Assembly (NCBI GenBank): GCA_045807245.1
Contig: JBJMHS010000052.1
Location: forward strand, 1 to 51,007
Direction of reading: 5' to 3'
Length of the DNA stretch: 51,007 nucleotides
Source of the DNA: Actinomycetales bacterium
Lineage (GTDB): Bacteria; Actinomycetota; Actinomycetes; Actinomycetales; CAVURS01
The position numbers and the translations under genes are program-made. Within the stretch, counting starts at the first letter, position 1, and every line of letters begins with the position of its first letter. The notes under the pieces are model-generated. The model had not been told where the DNA came from and searched no databases. It saw nothing but the letters and a program-made list of their open reading frames with translations. Positions 25,641 through 35,944 of this stretch are shown here, piece after piece.

Positions 25641-28600
25641 TCAGGTCGACGTGGTGGCGCTGCTGCGGATCACCGCGCGCAGGCTGCGCAGCGCCACCGA
25701 GAGCGCGGCGATGCCGGTGCGCTCCAGCTTGGCCACCTCCTCGATCGTGTCCCGGGCCCGAGCGAGCGCCTCGGCGTTCGCCCTCTCCCACTGCGTGATC
25801 CGGTGGTGCGGCTCCCCCTCGTGAGTGGACTGCAGGACGGCGACCGTGAGGGACTCGAGTGCGGCGTACAGGTCGATCCGCAGGGACGCGCGAGCCAACG
25901 CATCCCAGCGGTCCTCGCGGGGCAGCGCGGTGATCCGGCCGAGCATCGCGTCCACGCCGTACCGCTCGGACAGGGTGAAGTAGATCGGCGCCACCTCGGC
26001 GGCCGGACGGCCGGTGTCACCCGCGATCTCGGTGACGTCGAGCAAGGAGAAGCCGTCGAGCAAGGCCGCGGCCCGACGGGTCATCTCCTCGGGAGCGCCG
26101 ACCTTGACCAGCTCCTTGCACCGGCGCTCCCAACGCCGGTGCTCGGCGCCGACCAACAGCTCGGGCAGCTGCGGGCTGAGCTCACGGACGGTGTCGCGGA
26201 ACCGGTCCGCGAGCGCCTGGATGTCCATGCGACCGGGCCGGCTCTGGATGAACCAGCGGACCGCGCGGTCGAGCAGCCGGCGGAACTCGAGGTACAGCGC
26301 GGTCTGCGCCGCCGTCGGCACCTGGTTGTCCAGTGCCTCCACGTCGGCCACGTAGCCGGACAGGTCGTAGATCTCACGCGCGACCAGGTAGGCCCGGGCG
26401 ACCTGCTCGGCCGTCGCGCCGGTCTCGTCCTCGGCCCGGAACGCGAACGTGATGCCACCGCGGTTGACCATCGAGTTGACGACCGAGTTGATGACGATCT
26501 CGCGGCGCAGCGGGTGGCCGCCGAGCCGGTCGCCGTACCGCTTGACCAGCTCGGCCGGGAAGTACGCGCGCAGGGTCGCCTCCAGCCACGGGTCGTCGGG
26601 CAGGTCGGTGGCCAGCAGCTCACGCTTGAGGACGAGCTTGGCGTAGGCCACGAGCACCGAGAACTCGGGCGAGGTCAGGCCCAGCCCCTCGTCGTGCCGG
26701 CGGGCGATGTCCACGTCGGAGGGGAGGTACTCGATCGCGCGGTCGAGCTCGCCCCGCTCCTCGAGCCAGTGGATCAGCCGCTGGTGCACCGGGAGCATGG
26801 AGTGCTCCTGGGCCCGGGCGTTGCCGAGCAGCACGTTCTGCTCGTAGTTGTCGCGGAGCACCAGCCGGGACACGTCGTCGGTCATGTCGACCAGCAACGC
26901 GTTGCGCTGCTTGGTCGTCAGGTCGCCGTCGGTCACCACCTGGCCGAGCAGGATCTTGATGTTGACCTCGTGGTCCGAGCAGTCGACGCCCGCCGAGTTG
27001 TCGATGGCGTCGGTGTTGACCCGTACGCCGTGCCGGGCGGCCTCGATCCGGCCGAGCTGGGTCAGGCCCAGGTTGCCGCCCTCGCCCACGACCCGGCATC
27101 GCAGGGCCCCTCCGTTCACCCGGATCGAGTCGTTGGCCCGGTCGCCCACCTCGGCGTTGGACTCGGTGGACGCCTTGACGTAGGTGCCGATGCCGCCGTT
27201 CCAGAGCAGGTCGACCGGCGCGAGCAGGATCGCCTTCATCAGCTCGGCCGGCGTCATCGTCGTCGTGCCCTTGGCCAGGCCGAGCGCAGCGACCATCCGC
27301 TCGTTGATCGGCACGGCCTTCGCCGCACGCGGCCAGATGCCACCGCCCTCGGAGATCAGGCTCCGGTCGTAGTCGTCCCACGACGACCGCGGCAGGTCGA
27401 ACAGGCGCCGGCGCTCGGCGTACGACGTGTCCGCCACCGGGTTCGGGTCGACGAAGATGTGCCGGTGGTCGAAGGCCGCCACCAGCCGGATGTGGTGGGA
27501 GAGCAGCATCCCGTTGCCGAAGACGTCACCGCTCATGTCCCCGACGCCGACGACGGTGAAGTCGTGCGCCTGCGTGTCCTGGCCGATCTCGCGGAAGTGT
27601 CGCTTGACCGACTCCCACGCACCCTTGGCCGTGATCCCCATCGCCTTGTGGTCGTAGCCGGCTGAGCCGCCGGAGGCGAACGCGTCGCCGAGCCAGAACC
27701 CGTAGTCGATCGCGACCCCGTTGGCGATGTCGGAGAACGTCGCGGTGCCCTTGTCGGCGGCGACGACCAGGTACGTGTCGTCCTCGTCGTGCCGTACGAC
27801 GCGGCCCGGCGGCACGACCTCGCCCCCGACCAGGTTGTCGGTCAGGTCGAGCAGGGCGGAGATGAACGTCGTGTAGCAGGCGATGCCCTCGGCCAGCCAC
27901 CCCTCGCGGTCCTGGGTCATCGACGGCCCGGTCTTCGGGACGAACCCGCCCTTGGCCCCGGTCGGCACGATGACGGCGTTCTTGACCATCTGGGCCTTGA
28001 CCAGGCCGAGCACCTCGGTGCGGAAGTCCTCGCGCCGGTCGCTCCAGCGGAGGCCGCCTCGCGCAACCTTGCCGAAGCGCAGGTGCACGCCCTCGACCCG
28101 CGGCGAGTACACCCAGATCTCGTACGCCGGCCGCGGCGCCGGTAGGTCCGGCACGTTCTTGGGATCCAGCTTGTACGAGGTGTAGGCCTTCGGGTTGCCG
28201 TCGCTGCCGCGCTGGAAGTAGTTGGTACGCAACGTCGCTCGCACCAAAGCGAGCAGCGAGCGCAGGATGCGGTCCTGGTCGAGGCTGTCCACGAGCTCAA
28301 GCCCGTCTTTGATGCTTTGCACCATTGCGGTGACCGTGACGTTGCGCGACTCAGCCACAGGATCAGCTTCGTACCGGTCGGGGTCGAAGCGTTCCTCGAA
28401 CAGCGCGACCAGCTCGCTGGTGATGCCGCAGTTCGCGAGCAGCGCCGCCTCGACGTACTCCTGGCTGAACGTGGACCCGGTCTGGCGCAGGTACTTGGTG
28501 TATCCGCGCAGCACGGAGACCTGGCGCCAGGTCAGGCCCGCGCCGAGGACGAGCCCGTTGAGGCCGTCGCTCTCGGCGGCGCCCGACCAGGCCGCGGCGA

Positions 28601-30533
28601 ACGCGTCCTGGAACAGCTCGCGCGCCTGCTCGCGCTTCTGCCGCGACCACTCGTCGCTGCCCGGCCGAGCCAGGCCGAAGTCGTAGACCTGGACGACGAC
28701 TCCGTCGCTGCGGGTGAGCTCGTACGGACGCTCGTCGACGACCTCCACGCCGAGGTGGGTGAACACCGGCAGGACGCGCGTGAGGGACAGGGCAGCGGTC
28801 GTGTAGAGCTTGAACCGGCGCTCGTTCGCCTGGGCGCCTGGCTCCTCGTACAGGTTGAGCCGCAACGCACCCGGGCCTTCGAGGGCTTCGATGTGACGCA
28901 GGTCCGAGACCGCGACCCGCGGGGAGAACTCCTCCTTGTAGGCCTCGGGGTAGGCGCGGCCGTACAGCCCGACCAGCCGGGCGGCCCGCTCCTCGCCGTA
29001 CTCGGTCCGCAGTGCCTCGGCCAGGTCCTCCACCCAGGTGCGGGTCGCGTCGACCAGGCGGCGTTCCAGCTCGTCGGCGTCGACGTCCGGCACGGGCATG
29101 CCCTGCGGCGGCCGGACGACGAAGTGCAGCCGGGCCAGCAGCGACTCCGACACGCGCGTCGTGTAGTCCACCGTCTCGCCGTTGAACGCCTTGCGCAGGA
29201 TCTCCTCCATGCGCAGACGCACCGCTGTCGTGTACCGGTCGCGCGGGATGTAGACCAGGCAGGACATGAACCGGCCGTAGTGGTCCCGGCGCAGGAACAG
29301 CCGGGTCCGGCGGCGCTCCTCCAGGTACATCACCGCGGTGGCGGTCTCGTACAGGTCGTCCAGGCTGATCTGGAACAGCTCGTCGCGCGGGTACGTCTCG
29401 AGGATGGTCAGCAGGTCCTTGCCCGAGTGGCTGGCCGGTGAGAACCCGCCTCGGGCCAGGACGTCGTCGATCTTGCGCCCCAGCACCGGTACGTCGCGCA
29501 CGCTCTCCGTGTACGCGCTCGACGTGAACAGTCCGAGGAAGCGACGTTCTCCGGTGACGTTGCCGTCGGCGTCGAACCGCTTCACCCCGATGTAGTCGAG
29601 GTAGGTCAGCCGGTGGACGGTCGAGCGGGAGTTGGCCTTGGTGACCACGAGCAGGTGCTTGTCGTGCGCCTTGGCCCGCTGGCTGGAGGAGAGCCGGCTG
29701 AAGCTCTCGGAGGTCATCTGCGGGTCGTAGCGCAGGATGCCCAGGCCGGTCGAGGGAACCGGTTCCAAGGCATCCTCGCCGTCGACCTGGACCAGGGCGT
29801 ACTCGCGGTAGCCGACGAACGTGAAGTGTCCGTCGGCCAGCCAGAGCAGCAGGTCACGGGCGTCCTTGACCTCGTTCACGTCCACCCCGTGCGGGGGGTT
29901 CGCGGCCAGGTCCTCGGCAATGCTGGTCGCCGTCTGGCACAGCTTGGGCCAGTCCTCGACCGCGACCCGGACGTCGGCCAGCACCTGCTCGACCCGGCTG
30001 CTGATCTCGGCGAGCGCGGCCGGGTCGCTCTCCCGGTCGATCTCGATGTGCATCCACGACTCCACCACCGCGTCGTACGGCAGGTCCTGCGGAGTCTCGC
30101 GGTCCATCCCGACGTCGAGGATCTCGACCAGCCGGCCGGTGGCGTCGCGCCGGACGGTGAGCTGGGGGTGGACCACGAGGTGGATGGCGCGCGCCTGCCG
30201 CCCGAGCTCCATCGACACCGAGTCGACCAGGAAGGGCATGTCGTCGGTGACGATTTCGACGACGGTGTGGCCGGTGGACCAGCCGTGCTCGTCGACGCTG
30301 GGTGTGAAGACGCGGACGCTCGCGGTGCCTACCGGGCGCTGCTGAGCCAGCGCCCGGTGGCTCAGGGCGGCGCCGAGCAGGTCCTCGGGCTGGCGGGCCA
30401 GCAGGTCCTCGGTGGCGACGTGCTTGTAGTACCGGCTGAGGAAGGCGGCGAGGTCGTCCCCGCTCTGCCGTTCGGCCAGCTCCGCCGCCTTGCGAAGCAC
30501 CTGGGTGCGGGACTCCTCGAGCGCGCGCGACAT
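25641..30533 (-). CDS. gdhB: Large NAD-specific glutamate dehydrogenase
   Basis: 1630 aa; DDMPFLVDS, ARGGLRWSDRREDFRTEVLGL, AADKGTATFSD, GDMSGDVFGNG. Confidence 0.97.
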   Translation of the reverse strand: MSRALEESRTQVLRKAAELAERQSGDDLAAFLSRYYKHVATEDLLARQPEDLLGAALSHRALAQQRPVGTASVRVFTPSVDEHGWSTGHTVVEIVTDDMPFLVDSVSMELGRQARAIHLVVHPQLTVRRDATGRLVEILDVGMDRETPQDLPYDAVVESWMHIEIDRESDPAALAEISSRVEQVLADVRVAVEDWPKLCQTATSIAEDLAANPPHGVDVNEVKDARDLLLWLADGHFTFVGYREYALVQVDGEDALEPVPSTGLGILRYDPQMTSESFSRLSSSQRAKAHDKHLLVVTKANSRSTVHRLTYLDYIGVKRFDADGNVTGERRFLGLFTSSAYTESVRDVPVLGRKIDDVLARGGFSPASHSGKDLLTILETYPRDELFQISLDDLYETATAVMYLEERRRTRLFLRRDHYGRFMSCLVYIPRDRYTTAVRLRMEEILRKAFNGETVDYTTRVSESLLARLHFVVRPPQGMPVPDVDADELERRLVDATRTWVEDLAEALRTEYGEERAARLVGLYGRAYPEAYKEEFSPRVAVSDLRHIEALEGPGALRLNLYEEPGAQANERRFKLYTTAALSLTRVLPVFTHLGVEVVDERPYELTRSDGVVVQVYDFGLARPGSDEWSRQKREQARELFQDAFAAAWSGAAESDGLNGLVLGAGLTWRQVSVLRGYTKYLRQTGSTFSQEYVEAALLANCGITSELVALFEERFDPDRYEADPVAESRNVTVTAMVQSIKDGLELVDSLDQDRILRSLLALVRATLRTNYFQRGSDGNPKAYTSYKLDPKNVPDLPAPRPAYEIWVYSPRVEGVHLRFGKVARGGLRWSDRREDFRTEVLGLVKAQMVKNAVIVPTGAKGGFVPKTGPSMTQDREGWLAEGIACYTTFISALLDLTDNLVGGEVVPPGRVVRHDEDDTYLVVAADKGTATFSDIANGVAIDYGFWLGDAFASGGSAGYDHKAMGITAKGAWESVKRHFREIGQDTQAHDFTVVGVGDMSGDVFGNGMLLSHHIRLVAAFDHRHIFVDPNPVADTSYAERRRLFDLPRSSWDDYDRSLISEGGGIWPRAAKAVPINERMVAALGLAKGTTTMTPAELMKAILLAPVDLLWNGGIGTYVKASTESNAEVGDRANDSIRVNGGALRCRVVGEGGNLGLTQLGRIEAARHGVRVNTDAIDNSAGVDCSDHEVNIKILLGQVVTDGDLTTKQRNALLVDMTDDVSRLVLRDNYEQNVLLGNARAQEHSMLPVHQRLIHWLEERGELDRAIEYLPSDVDIARRHDEGLGLTSPEFSVLVAYAKLVLKRELLATDLPDDPWLEATLRAYFPAELVKRYGDRLGGHPLRREIVINSVVNSMVNRGGITFAFRAEDETGATAEQVARAYLVAREIYDLSGYVADVEALDNQVPTAAQTALYLEFRRLLDRAVRWFIQSRPGRMDIQALADRFRDTVRELSPQLPELLVGAEHRRWERRCKELVKVGAPEEMTRRAAALLDGFSLLDVTEIAGDTGRPAAEVAPIYFTLSERYGVDAMLGRITALPREDRWDALARASLRIDLYAALESLTVAVLQSTHEGEPHHRITQWERANAEALARARDTIEEVAKLERTGIAALSVALRSLRAVIRSSATTST

Positions 30534-30612
30534 TGCGCCTTCCTCGTTCAGCTCCGGCAGGCGCCGTTGCCCGCCACCAGGGCGACGATATCCCTCGCCG
30601 ACGTCAGGAACT

Positions 30613-31434
30613 TCACAGAGCGCCGCGCATCTCCCACAGCAACGGGTAGAACCGCAGGGTGAGGCGACTGCGCAGGTACGGCGCGCCGGACGACCCGCCG
30701 GTGCCCGACTTGGTGCCGATCTGGCGCTCGACCATCGTCACGTGCCGGGCCCGCCACGCGGCCTGCTTCTCGTCGTGCTCCAGCAAGGCCTCGCCCAGCT
30801 CCCACAGCTCGCCATGGCCGTGCCGGTCCCGCGCGACGCGGAGCAGCGCGCGCCGCACGTCGTCGTCGTCGTCGGTCGCGAACCCGGCCGCCGCGAGCAC
30901 GTGAACGAACGCATCCCACAGGGTCGGCTCGGCCAGCCGGCGCTCCAAGCGGGCTCGCTCGCCGTCACTGAGGCCGCGGAACCGGTTGAGGAACCCCGCA
31001 TCCTTGTGGCCGGACACGAACTCCAGCTCCCGGAACTGGACGGACTGGAAGCCGCTGGCGGGCGCCAGCCGGTGCCGGAACTCGAGGAAGTCCTGGGGCG
31101 TCATGGTCTCCAGGACGTCGATCTGGTGGACGAGCACGCCCTCGATGACCGTGACCCGCTGCAGCAGGTGCCGGGCCCACCACAAGGTGCCGTCGAACAT
31201 CGCGTCGCGTGCGGTCTCGAGCTCGTGCAGAACCTGTTTGAACCAGAGCTCGTAGACCTGGTGGATCGTGATGAACAGCAGCTCGTCGTGCGCCGGAGGG
31301 TCCGACTCGAGCACTTGCTGGTCGAGCAGCTGGGCCAGCCGCAGGTAGCTGCCGTAGGTCAGCCGGGCCCCCTCCTCGCCGAACGCCCTCGCCGTGGGGT
31401 CGGTCGGGTCGACCCATGGGGACGTGTCGCTCAT
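30613..31434 (-). CDS. kynA: Tryptophan 2,3-dioxygenase
   Basis: YGSYLRL, HDELLFITIHQVYELWFKQ, ASGFQS.QFR, GTGGSSG. Confidence 0.95.
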   Translation of the reverse strand: MSDTSPWVDPTDPTARAFGEEGARLTYGSYLRLAQLLDQQVLESDPPAHDELLFITIHQVYELWFKQVLHELETARDAMFDGTLWWARHLLQRVTVIEGVLVHQIDVLETMTPQDFLEFRHRLAPASGFQSVQFRELEFVSGHKDAGFLNRFRGLSDGERARLERRLAEPTLWDAFVHVLAAAGFATDDDDDVRRALLRVARDRHGHGELWELGEALLEHDEKQAAWRARHVTMVERQIGTKSGTGGSSGAPYLRSRLTLRFYPLLWEMRGAL

Positions 31435-31522
31435 GCCGAGCACCCTAGGGGCCAACCGGGTGCTCGATGTTCCCCCACCTGGCGGACGCGCTAGGCCGAA
31501 TGGTGCGGCTAGGGTCCACCCC

Positions 31523-31834
31523 ATGCCGGTCGGAACCACCCAGCTGGACCCAGCACTCCTGCGCGTCCTGCTGCGACGGCTCGGCGAGCTGGAGGCGGAG
31601 GCCCACGACGTCACCGACGCGGTCCTGGGCTACCTGCCGAACGCCGGACCCGGCATCGCGCAGGCGACGGTGGCCGAGCTCGCGAGTGGTCTGACCGACG
31701 CCTTCACCACCCTGGGCGACAGCGTCGCCGTGACCCGGCGCGCCGCGGGTCGCAACCTGCCGCAGCGCCCGGTCGAGATCGACCTCACGCTGGTGCGGGA
31801 CCTCGACGAGGTCACCGCGGTGACCGGGCGGTGA
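31523..31834 (+). CDS. Small helical hypothetical protein, possible partner of the WXG100-like protein
   Basis: 103 aa; TAGGGT 7 nt before the ATG; GTGA overlap with the next gene. Confidence 0.6.
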   Translation: MPVGTTQLDPALLRVLLRRLGELEAEAHDVTDAVLGYLPNAGPGIAQATVAELASGLTDAFTTLGDSVAVTRRAAGRNLPQRPVEIDLTLVRDLDEVTAVTGR

Positions 31835-32379
31835 TCTCAGGTCGGCTGTCCCAGGACGTTGTCGAGGGTGACCCGGCGTCCTGCTCCGCCCTCGGTGGTG
31901 CCCTGAGGCGACGAGCCGCCACGCTGCGCGAGCGTCGTACGGCGTTGCGGCACACCAGCTCGGCGATGTCGGGCTGGAGCGGTCCAGCCGCAGACGGGTT
32001 CACCGAGCGGCTGCTCATGCAGCTGGCCGAGGTCGAGCAGATGGCCGGCCGCCTGGACGAGGTGGGGGCGGCCCTGCAGGCGTACGCGACCGACCTGGCC
32101 CATGCCCGCGAGCAGGGCGCCCGGGCCCTGGATGCCGCGACGCGGAACGGTCTGGTGGTCGACCCGCTGGGCACGGTGCACCCGCAGCCGGGGCCGGCGG
32201 CCGTGGAGGTCGCACTCCGCCGTGACGCCGCCGTACCGCTCGTGCAGCACCAGGTCGACTGCGCGATCGGGGAGGCCCGGGCGGCCGCGCACCGGCTGCG
32301 ACGCCGTACGACGTCCGCCTTGCACGCGCTGCGGTCCGACGCCGGGCGCCTCGCTGCGCTCGACGCGCCGCCCCGCTGA
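31831..32379 (+). CDS. WXG100-like / putative type VII secretion substrate
   Basis: GDP...L...WSGPAADGF...AL.AYA.DL helical-hairpin pattern with a WxG near residue 50. Confidence 0.7.
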   Translation: MISGRLSQDVVEGDPASCSALGGALRRRAATLRERRTALRHTSSAMSGWSGPAADGFTERLLMQLAEVEQMAGRLDEVGAALQAYATDLAHAREQGARALDAATRNGLVVDPLGTVHPQPGPAAVEVALRRDAAVPLVQHQVDCAIGEARAAAHRLRRRTTSALHALRSDAGRLAALDAPPR

Positions 32380-32399
32380 GCGCCCGATAACCTCCGTCG

Positions 32400-32894
32400 G
32401 TGGACATCGACGCCGACCTGCACTACCCGGCCGGGCCGGACCGCGTGATGAAGGTGATCTCGGACCCGGCGTTCCAGGACGAGAAGTGCCGGCAGACCGG
32501 GGCCTTGACCCACACGGCGTCGGTGACCACGCCCGGCGACCGCGTCGTCATCCACACGGTGCGGAACATGCCGACTGACTCGCTGCCCGACTTCGCCAAG
32601 ACCTTCCTCGGCGGCAAGCTGGAGGTGCGCGAGGTGCAGGAGTGGGGACCCGCCGGCGCCGACGGCGCGCGGGACGGCACGCTGCGGGTGGAGATCGCCA
32701 ACACACCGATGAAGCTCGACGGCACGATGGCCATGCGCCCGGCCGGCGCCGACGCGACCGATGTGACGATCAGGTCCGCGCTCAAGGCCAACATCCCGTT
32801 CATCGGCGGGAAGGCCGAGCAGGCCGCGGCCGGCCCGATCCGCGCCGCGATCACCAAGGAGGAGGAGCTCGGCACCACGTGGCTCACCCGGTGA
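32400..32894 (+). CDS. DUF2505 domain protein
   Basis: LPDFAKTFLG, EVQEW, IPFIGGKAE. Confidence 0.8.
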   Translation: MDIDADLHYPAGPDRVMKVISDPAFQDEKCRQTGALTHTASVTTPGDRVVIHTVRNMPTDSLPDFAKTFLGGKLEVREVQEWGPAGADGARDGTLRVEIANTPMKLDGTMAMRPAGADATDVTIRSALKANIPFIGGKAEQAAAGPIRAAITKEEELGTTWLTR

Positions 32895-32921
32895 TCCCGC
32901 GCGGCCAGCCCTCGACAGGCG

Positions 32922-34298
32922 TCAGAGGAACTTGCCGGGGTTGAGGATGTTCTGCGGGTCGAGCGTCGCCTTGATCCGGCGCGAGAGCTCCAGCACGTCC
33001 GGGCCGATCTGGTCCACCAGGTACGGCGCCTTGACCAGGCCTACGCCATGCTCCCCGGTGATCGTCCCCCCGAGCTCCAGCGCCAGGCCGATGACCGCCC
33101 CGAACGCCTGGTCGGCCCGCCGCGTCGCGTCCGGGTCGTTGCCGTCGAAGCTCAGGAACGGGTGGAAGTTCCCGTCACCCGCGTGCCCCACCGTCGCGAT
33201 GAGCGTGTCGTACCGGGCGGCGATCGCCTCGACACCACTGACCAGCTCGGCGATCCGGTCCAGCGGGACGCCGACGTCCTCGATGAGCGGTGTGCCGAGG
33301 TCGAACAGCGCCGCGAACGCCGACCGGCGTGCCTCGAGGAACATCTCACCCTCGTCCGGGTCGTCGGTCGTGGCGACGAACGTCGCGCCGTTGTCACCGG
33401 CGATCCGTTCGATGGCGGCGATCTCGTCGACCGACTGCTGCCCGCCGGCGTCGCTCTGCGCGATGAGCGTCGCGCCGGCTTCGGTGTCGAGACCCATCCG
33501 ACGGTGCCGCTCGACCGCGCTGACGCTCGCCCGGTCCATCAGCTCCAGCGTCGCGGGCCGCATGACCGCCATGACAGCGCTCACGGCCCGTCCGGCGTCG
33601 CCCACGTCTTCGAACGTCGCCACCAGGGTGCACGCCGGCGGCGGCAACGGGCGCAGCCGCAGAGTCGCCTCCGTGATGACGCCGAGGGTGCCCTCCGACC
33701 CGACGAACAGACGCTTCAGGTCGTACCCCGCGACGTCCTTGATGGTGCGTCCACCCAGGCGCACAGCGTGACCGTCCGCCAGGACCACCTCGAGGGCGAG
33801 GACGTAGTCCGTCGTGACGCCGTACTTCACGCAGCACAGCCCGCCGGCGTTCGTCGCGAGGTTCCCACCGATCGAGCAGAACGTGTACGACGACGGGTCA
33901 GGCGGGTACCACAGGCCGTGCTCGCGCGCGGCCGCCTTGACCTCCGCGTTGAGGACGCCCGGGCCGACGACGGCGAACATACCCGCCGGGTCGATGTCCA
34001 GCCGGCGCATCTGCTCGAGCGAGAGCAGGATGCATCCGTCGATCGCGCTCGCGCCTCCGGCCAGACCGGACCCGGCCCCGCGCGGGACGACCGGGATGCC
34101 ATGTGCCGCAGCGGTATTCACGACAGCCTGGACATCCGTCGTACTCGTTGCCCGGACGAGGGCGACCGGCCACCCGGACCGCACCGTCTCCGCCCGGTCG
34201 CTGCGGTAGCCGTCGACGACGCCCTTGTCGACCACCACCGCTCCGTCCGGCAGGACTGCCCGGAGCTCGGCGACGGCGTCGACGGCGACCTGGGTCAT
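32922..34298 (-). CDS. FAD-linked oxidase (GlcD / D-2-hydroxyacid dehydrogenase family)
   Basis: PRGAGSGLAGG, PPDPSS, IGGNLATNAGG, GHAGDGNFH, GEHGVG, LNPGK. Confidence 0.9.
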   Translation of the reverse strand: MTQVAVDAVAELRAVLPDGAVVVDKGVVDGYRSDRAETVRSGWPVALVRATSTTDVQAVVNTAAAHGIPVVPRGAGSGLAGGASAIDGCILLSLEQMRRLDIDPAGMFAVVGPGVLNAEVKAAAREHGLWYPPDPSSYTFCSIGGNLATNAGGLCCVKYGVTTDYVLALEVVLADGHAVRLGGRTIKDVAGYDLKRLFVGSEGTLGVITEATLRLRPLPPPACTLVATFEDVGDAGRAVSAVMAVMRPATLELMDRASVSAVERHRRMGLDTEAGATLIAQSDAGGQQSVDEIAAIERIAGDNGATFVATTDDPDEGEMFLEARRSAFAALFDLGTPLIEDVGVPLDRIAELVSGVEAIAARYDTLIATVGHAGDGNFHPFLSFDGNDPDATRRADQAFGAVIGLALELGGTITGEHGVGLVKAPYLVDQIGPDVLELSRRIKATLDPQNILNPGKFL

Positions 34299-35932
34299 CC
34301 CCCGTGGCCCATGTGGGGGTAGGTGTGGTCGACCGGAGGCACAAGCGTCTCCTTGATCGAGCGGGTGCTGGTCCAGCGCAGCAGGTTCTGCGCGGCACCG
34401 GCCTTGTCGTTCGTGCCGGAGGCTCGCGCCCCACCGAACGGCTGCTGGCCGACCACGGCACCGGTCGGCTTGTCGTTGATGTAGAAGTTGCCGGCGGCGT
34501 AGCGCAGGCGCTGCGAGGCGGCCGCGATGGCGGCCCGGTCCTGGGCGATGATCGACCCCGTCAGGGCGTACGGCGCTACCGACTCCATCTGGTCGAGCAC
34601 CTTGTCGTACGCGCGGTCCGGGTACACGAACACCGACAGGATCGGCCCGAAGTACTCGGTGGTGAACACCTCGTCCTCCGGGTCGGAGCACTGCAGGACC
34701 GTCGGCCGGACGAAGTAACCCTCGCTGTCGTCGTACTTGCCACCGGCCACGACAGTGACCGACGAGGTGCGGTGGGCCCGGTCGATCGCAGCCTGATGCT
34801 TGGCGAAGGCCCGCTCGTCGATCACGGCCCCCATGAAGTTGGTGAGGTCCGTCACCGGACCCATCGTGATGCTCTCCGTCACGTCGGCCAGGTCGTGACG
34901 CAGCCCGCGCCAGATCGACTGCGGCACATAGGCCCTCGAGGCCGCCGAGCACTTCTGGCCCTGGTACTCGAACGCGCCGCGGACCAGTGCCGTCCGCAGC
35001 ACGTCGGGGTCGGCGCTCGGGTGCGCGACCACGAAGTCCTTGCCGCCCGTCTCCCCGACGATCCGCGGATAGCTGCGGTAGCTCGCGATGTTCGCACCGA
35101 CGGTCGACCACAGGTGCTGGAACACCTTCGTCGAGCCGGTGAAGTGGATACCGGCGAGGTCGGGGTCGGCGAGCACCACCTCGGACACCGGGATGCCGTG
35201 CCCCGTCACCAGGTTGATGACGCCCGGCGGCAGCCCGGCCGCCTCCAGCAGCCGCATGGTCCACCACGCGGCGAGGGTCTGCGTGGGGGCGACCTTCCAC
35301 ACGACGGTGTTGCCCATCAGAGCCGGAGCGGTCGGCAGGTTCCCGGCGATGGCGGTGAAGTTGAACGGCGTGATCGCGTAGACGAACCCCTCGAGCGGCC
35401 GGTGGTCCATCCGGTTCCAGATGCCCTTGGCGTTGGCGGGCGGTTGCTCCGCGAGGATCTGCTCGGCGAAGTGGACGTTGAAACGCCAGAAGTCGATCAG
35501 CTCGCACGCGGCGTCGATCTCGGCCTGGTACACGGTCTTCGACTGACCCAGCATGGTCGCCGCGTTCAGGGTGGACCGCCACGGCCCGGAGAGCAGCTCG
35601 GCCGCCTTGAGGATGATCGCGGCGCGGTCGTCGAACGACAGCTCACGCCAGCCGGGTGCGGCCTTCTTGGCCGCCGCCACGGCATCGGCCGCGTCGGCTC
35701 GGGTCGCGCCCTTCATGGTGCCGAGCACGTGCCGGTGTGCGTGCGGCTGCCGGACGGCGATGCGCTGGCCTCGGCCCATGCGCTGAACGCCGTCGATGGT
35801 CATCGTCAGGTCGGTCCGCTCGCCCTGCAGCTCGGCCAGCCGGACCTCGAGGGCCGACCGCTCGGCGCTGCCCGGCCGGTAGTCGAGGACCGGCTCGTTG
35901 ATGGGGTGCGGGACAGAGGTGCGAGCATCCAT
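34295..35932 (-). CDS. pruA: 1-pyrroline-5-carboxylate (L-glutamate gamma-semialdehyde) dehydrogenase
   Basis: QAEIDAACELIDF, FTGST, GETGGK, EYQGQKCSA, NDKPTGAVVGQQPFGG. Confidence 0.96.
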   Translation of the reverse strand: MDARTSVPHPINEPVLDYRPGSAERSALEVRLAELQGERTDLTMTIDGVQRMGRGQRIAVRQPHAHRHVLGTMKGATRADAADAVAAAKKAAPGWRELSFDDRAAIILKAAELLSGPWRSTLNAATMLGQSKTVYQAEIDAACELIDFWRFNVHFAEQILAEQPPANAKGIWNRMDHRPLEGFVYAITPFNFTAIAGNLPTAPALMGNTVVWKVAPTQTLAAWWTMRLLEAAGLPPGVINLVTGHGIPVSEVVLADPDLAGIHFTGSTKVFQHLWSTVGANIASYRSYPRIVGETGGKDFVVAHPSADPDVLRTALVRGAFEYQGQKCSAASRAYVPQSIWRGLRHDLADVTESITMGPVTDLTNFMGAVIDERAFAKHQAAIDRAHRTSSVTVVAGGKYDDSEGYFVRPTVLQCSDPEDEVFTTEYFGPILSVFVYPDRAYDKVLDQMESVAPYALTGSIIAQDRAAIAAASQRLRYAAGNFYINDKPTGAVVGQQPFGGARASGTNDKAGAAQNLLRWTSTRSIKETLVPPVDHTYPHMGHGG

Positions 35933-35944
35933 CAAGGCAGCATG

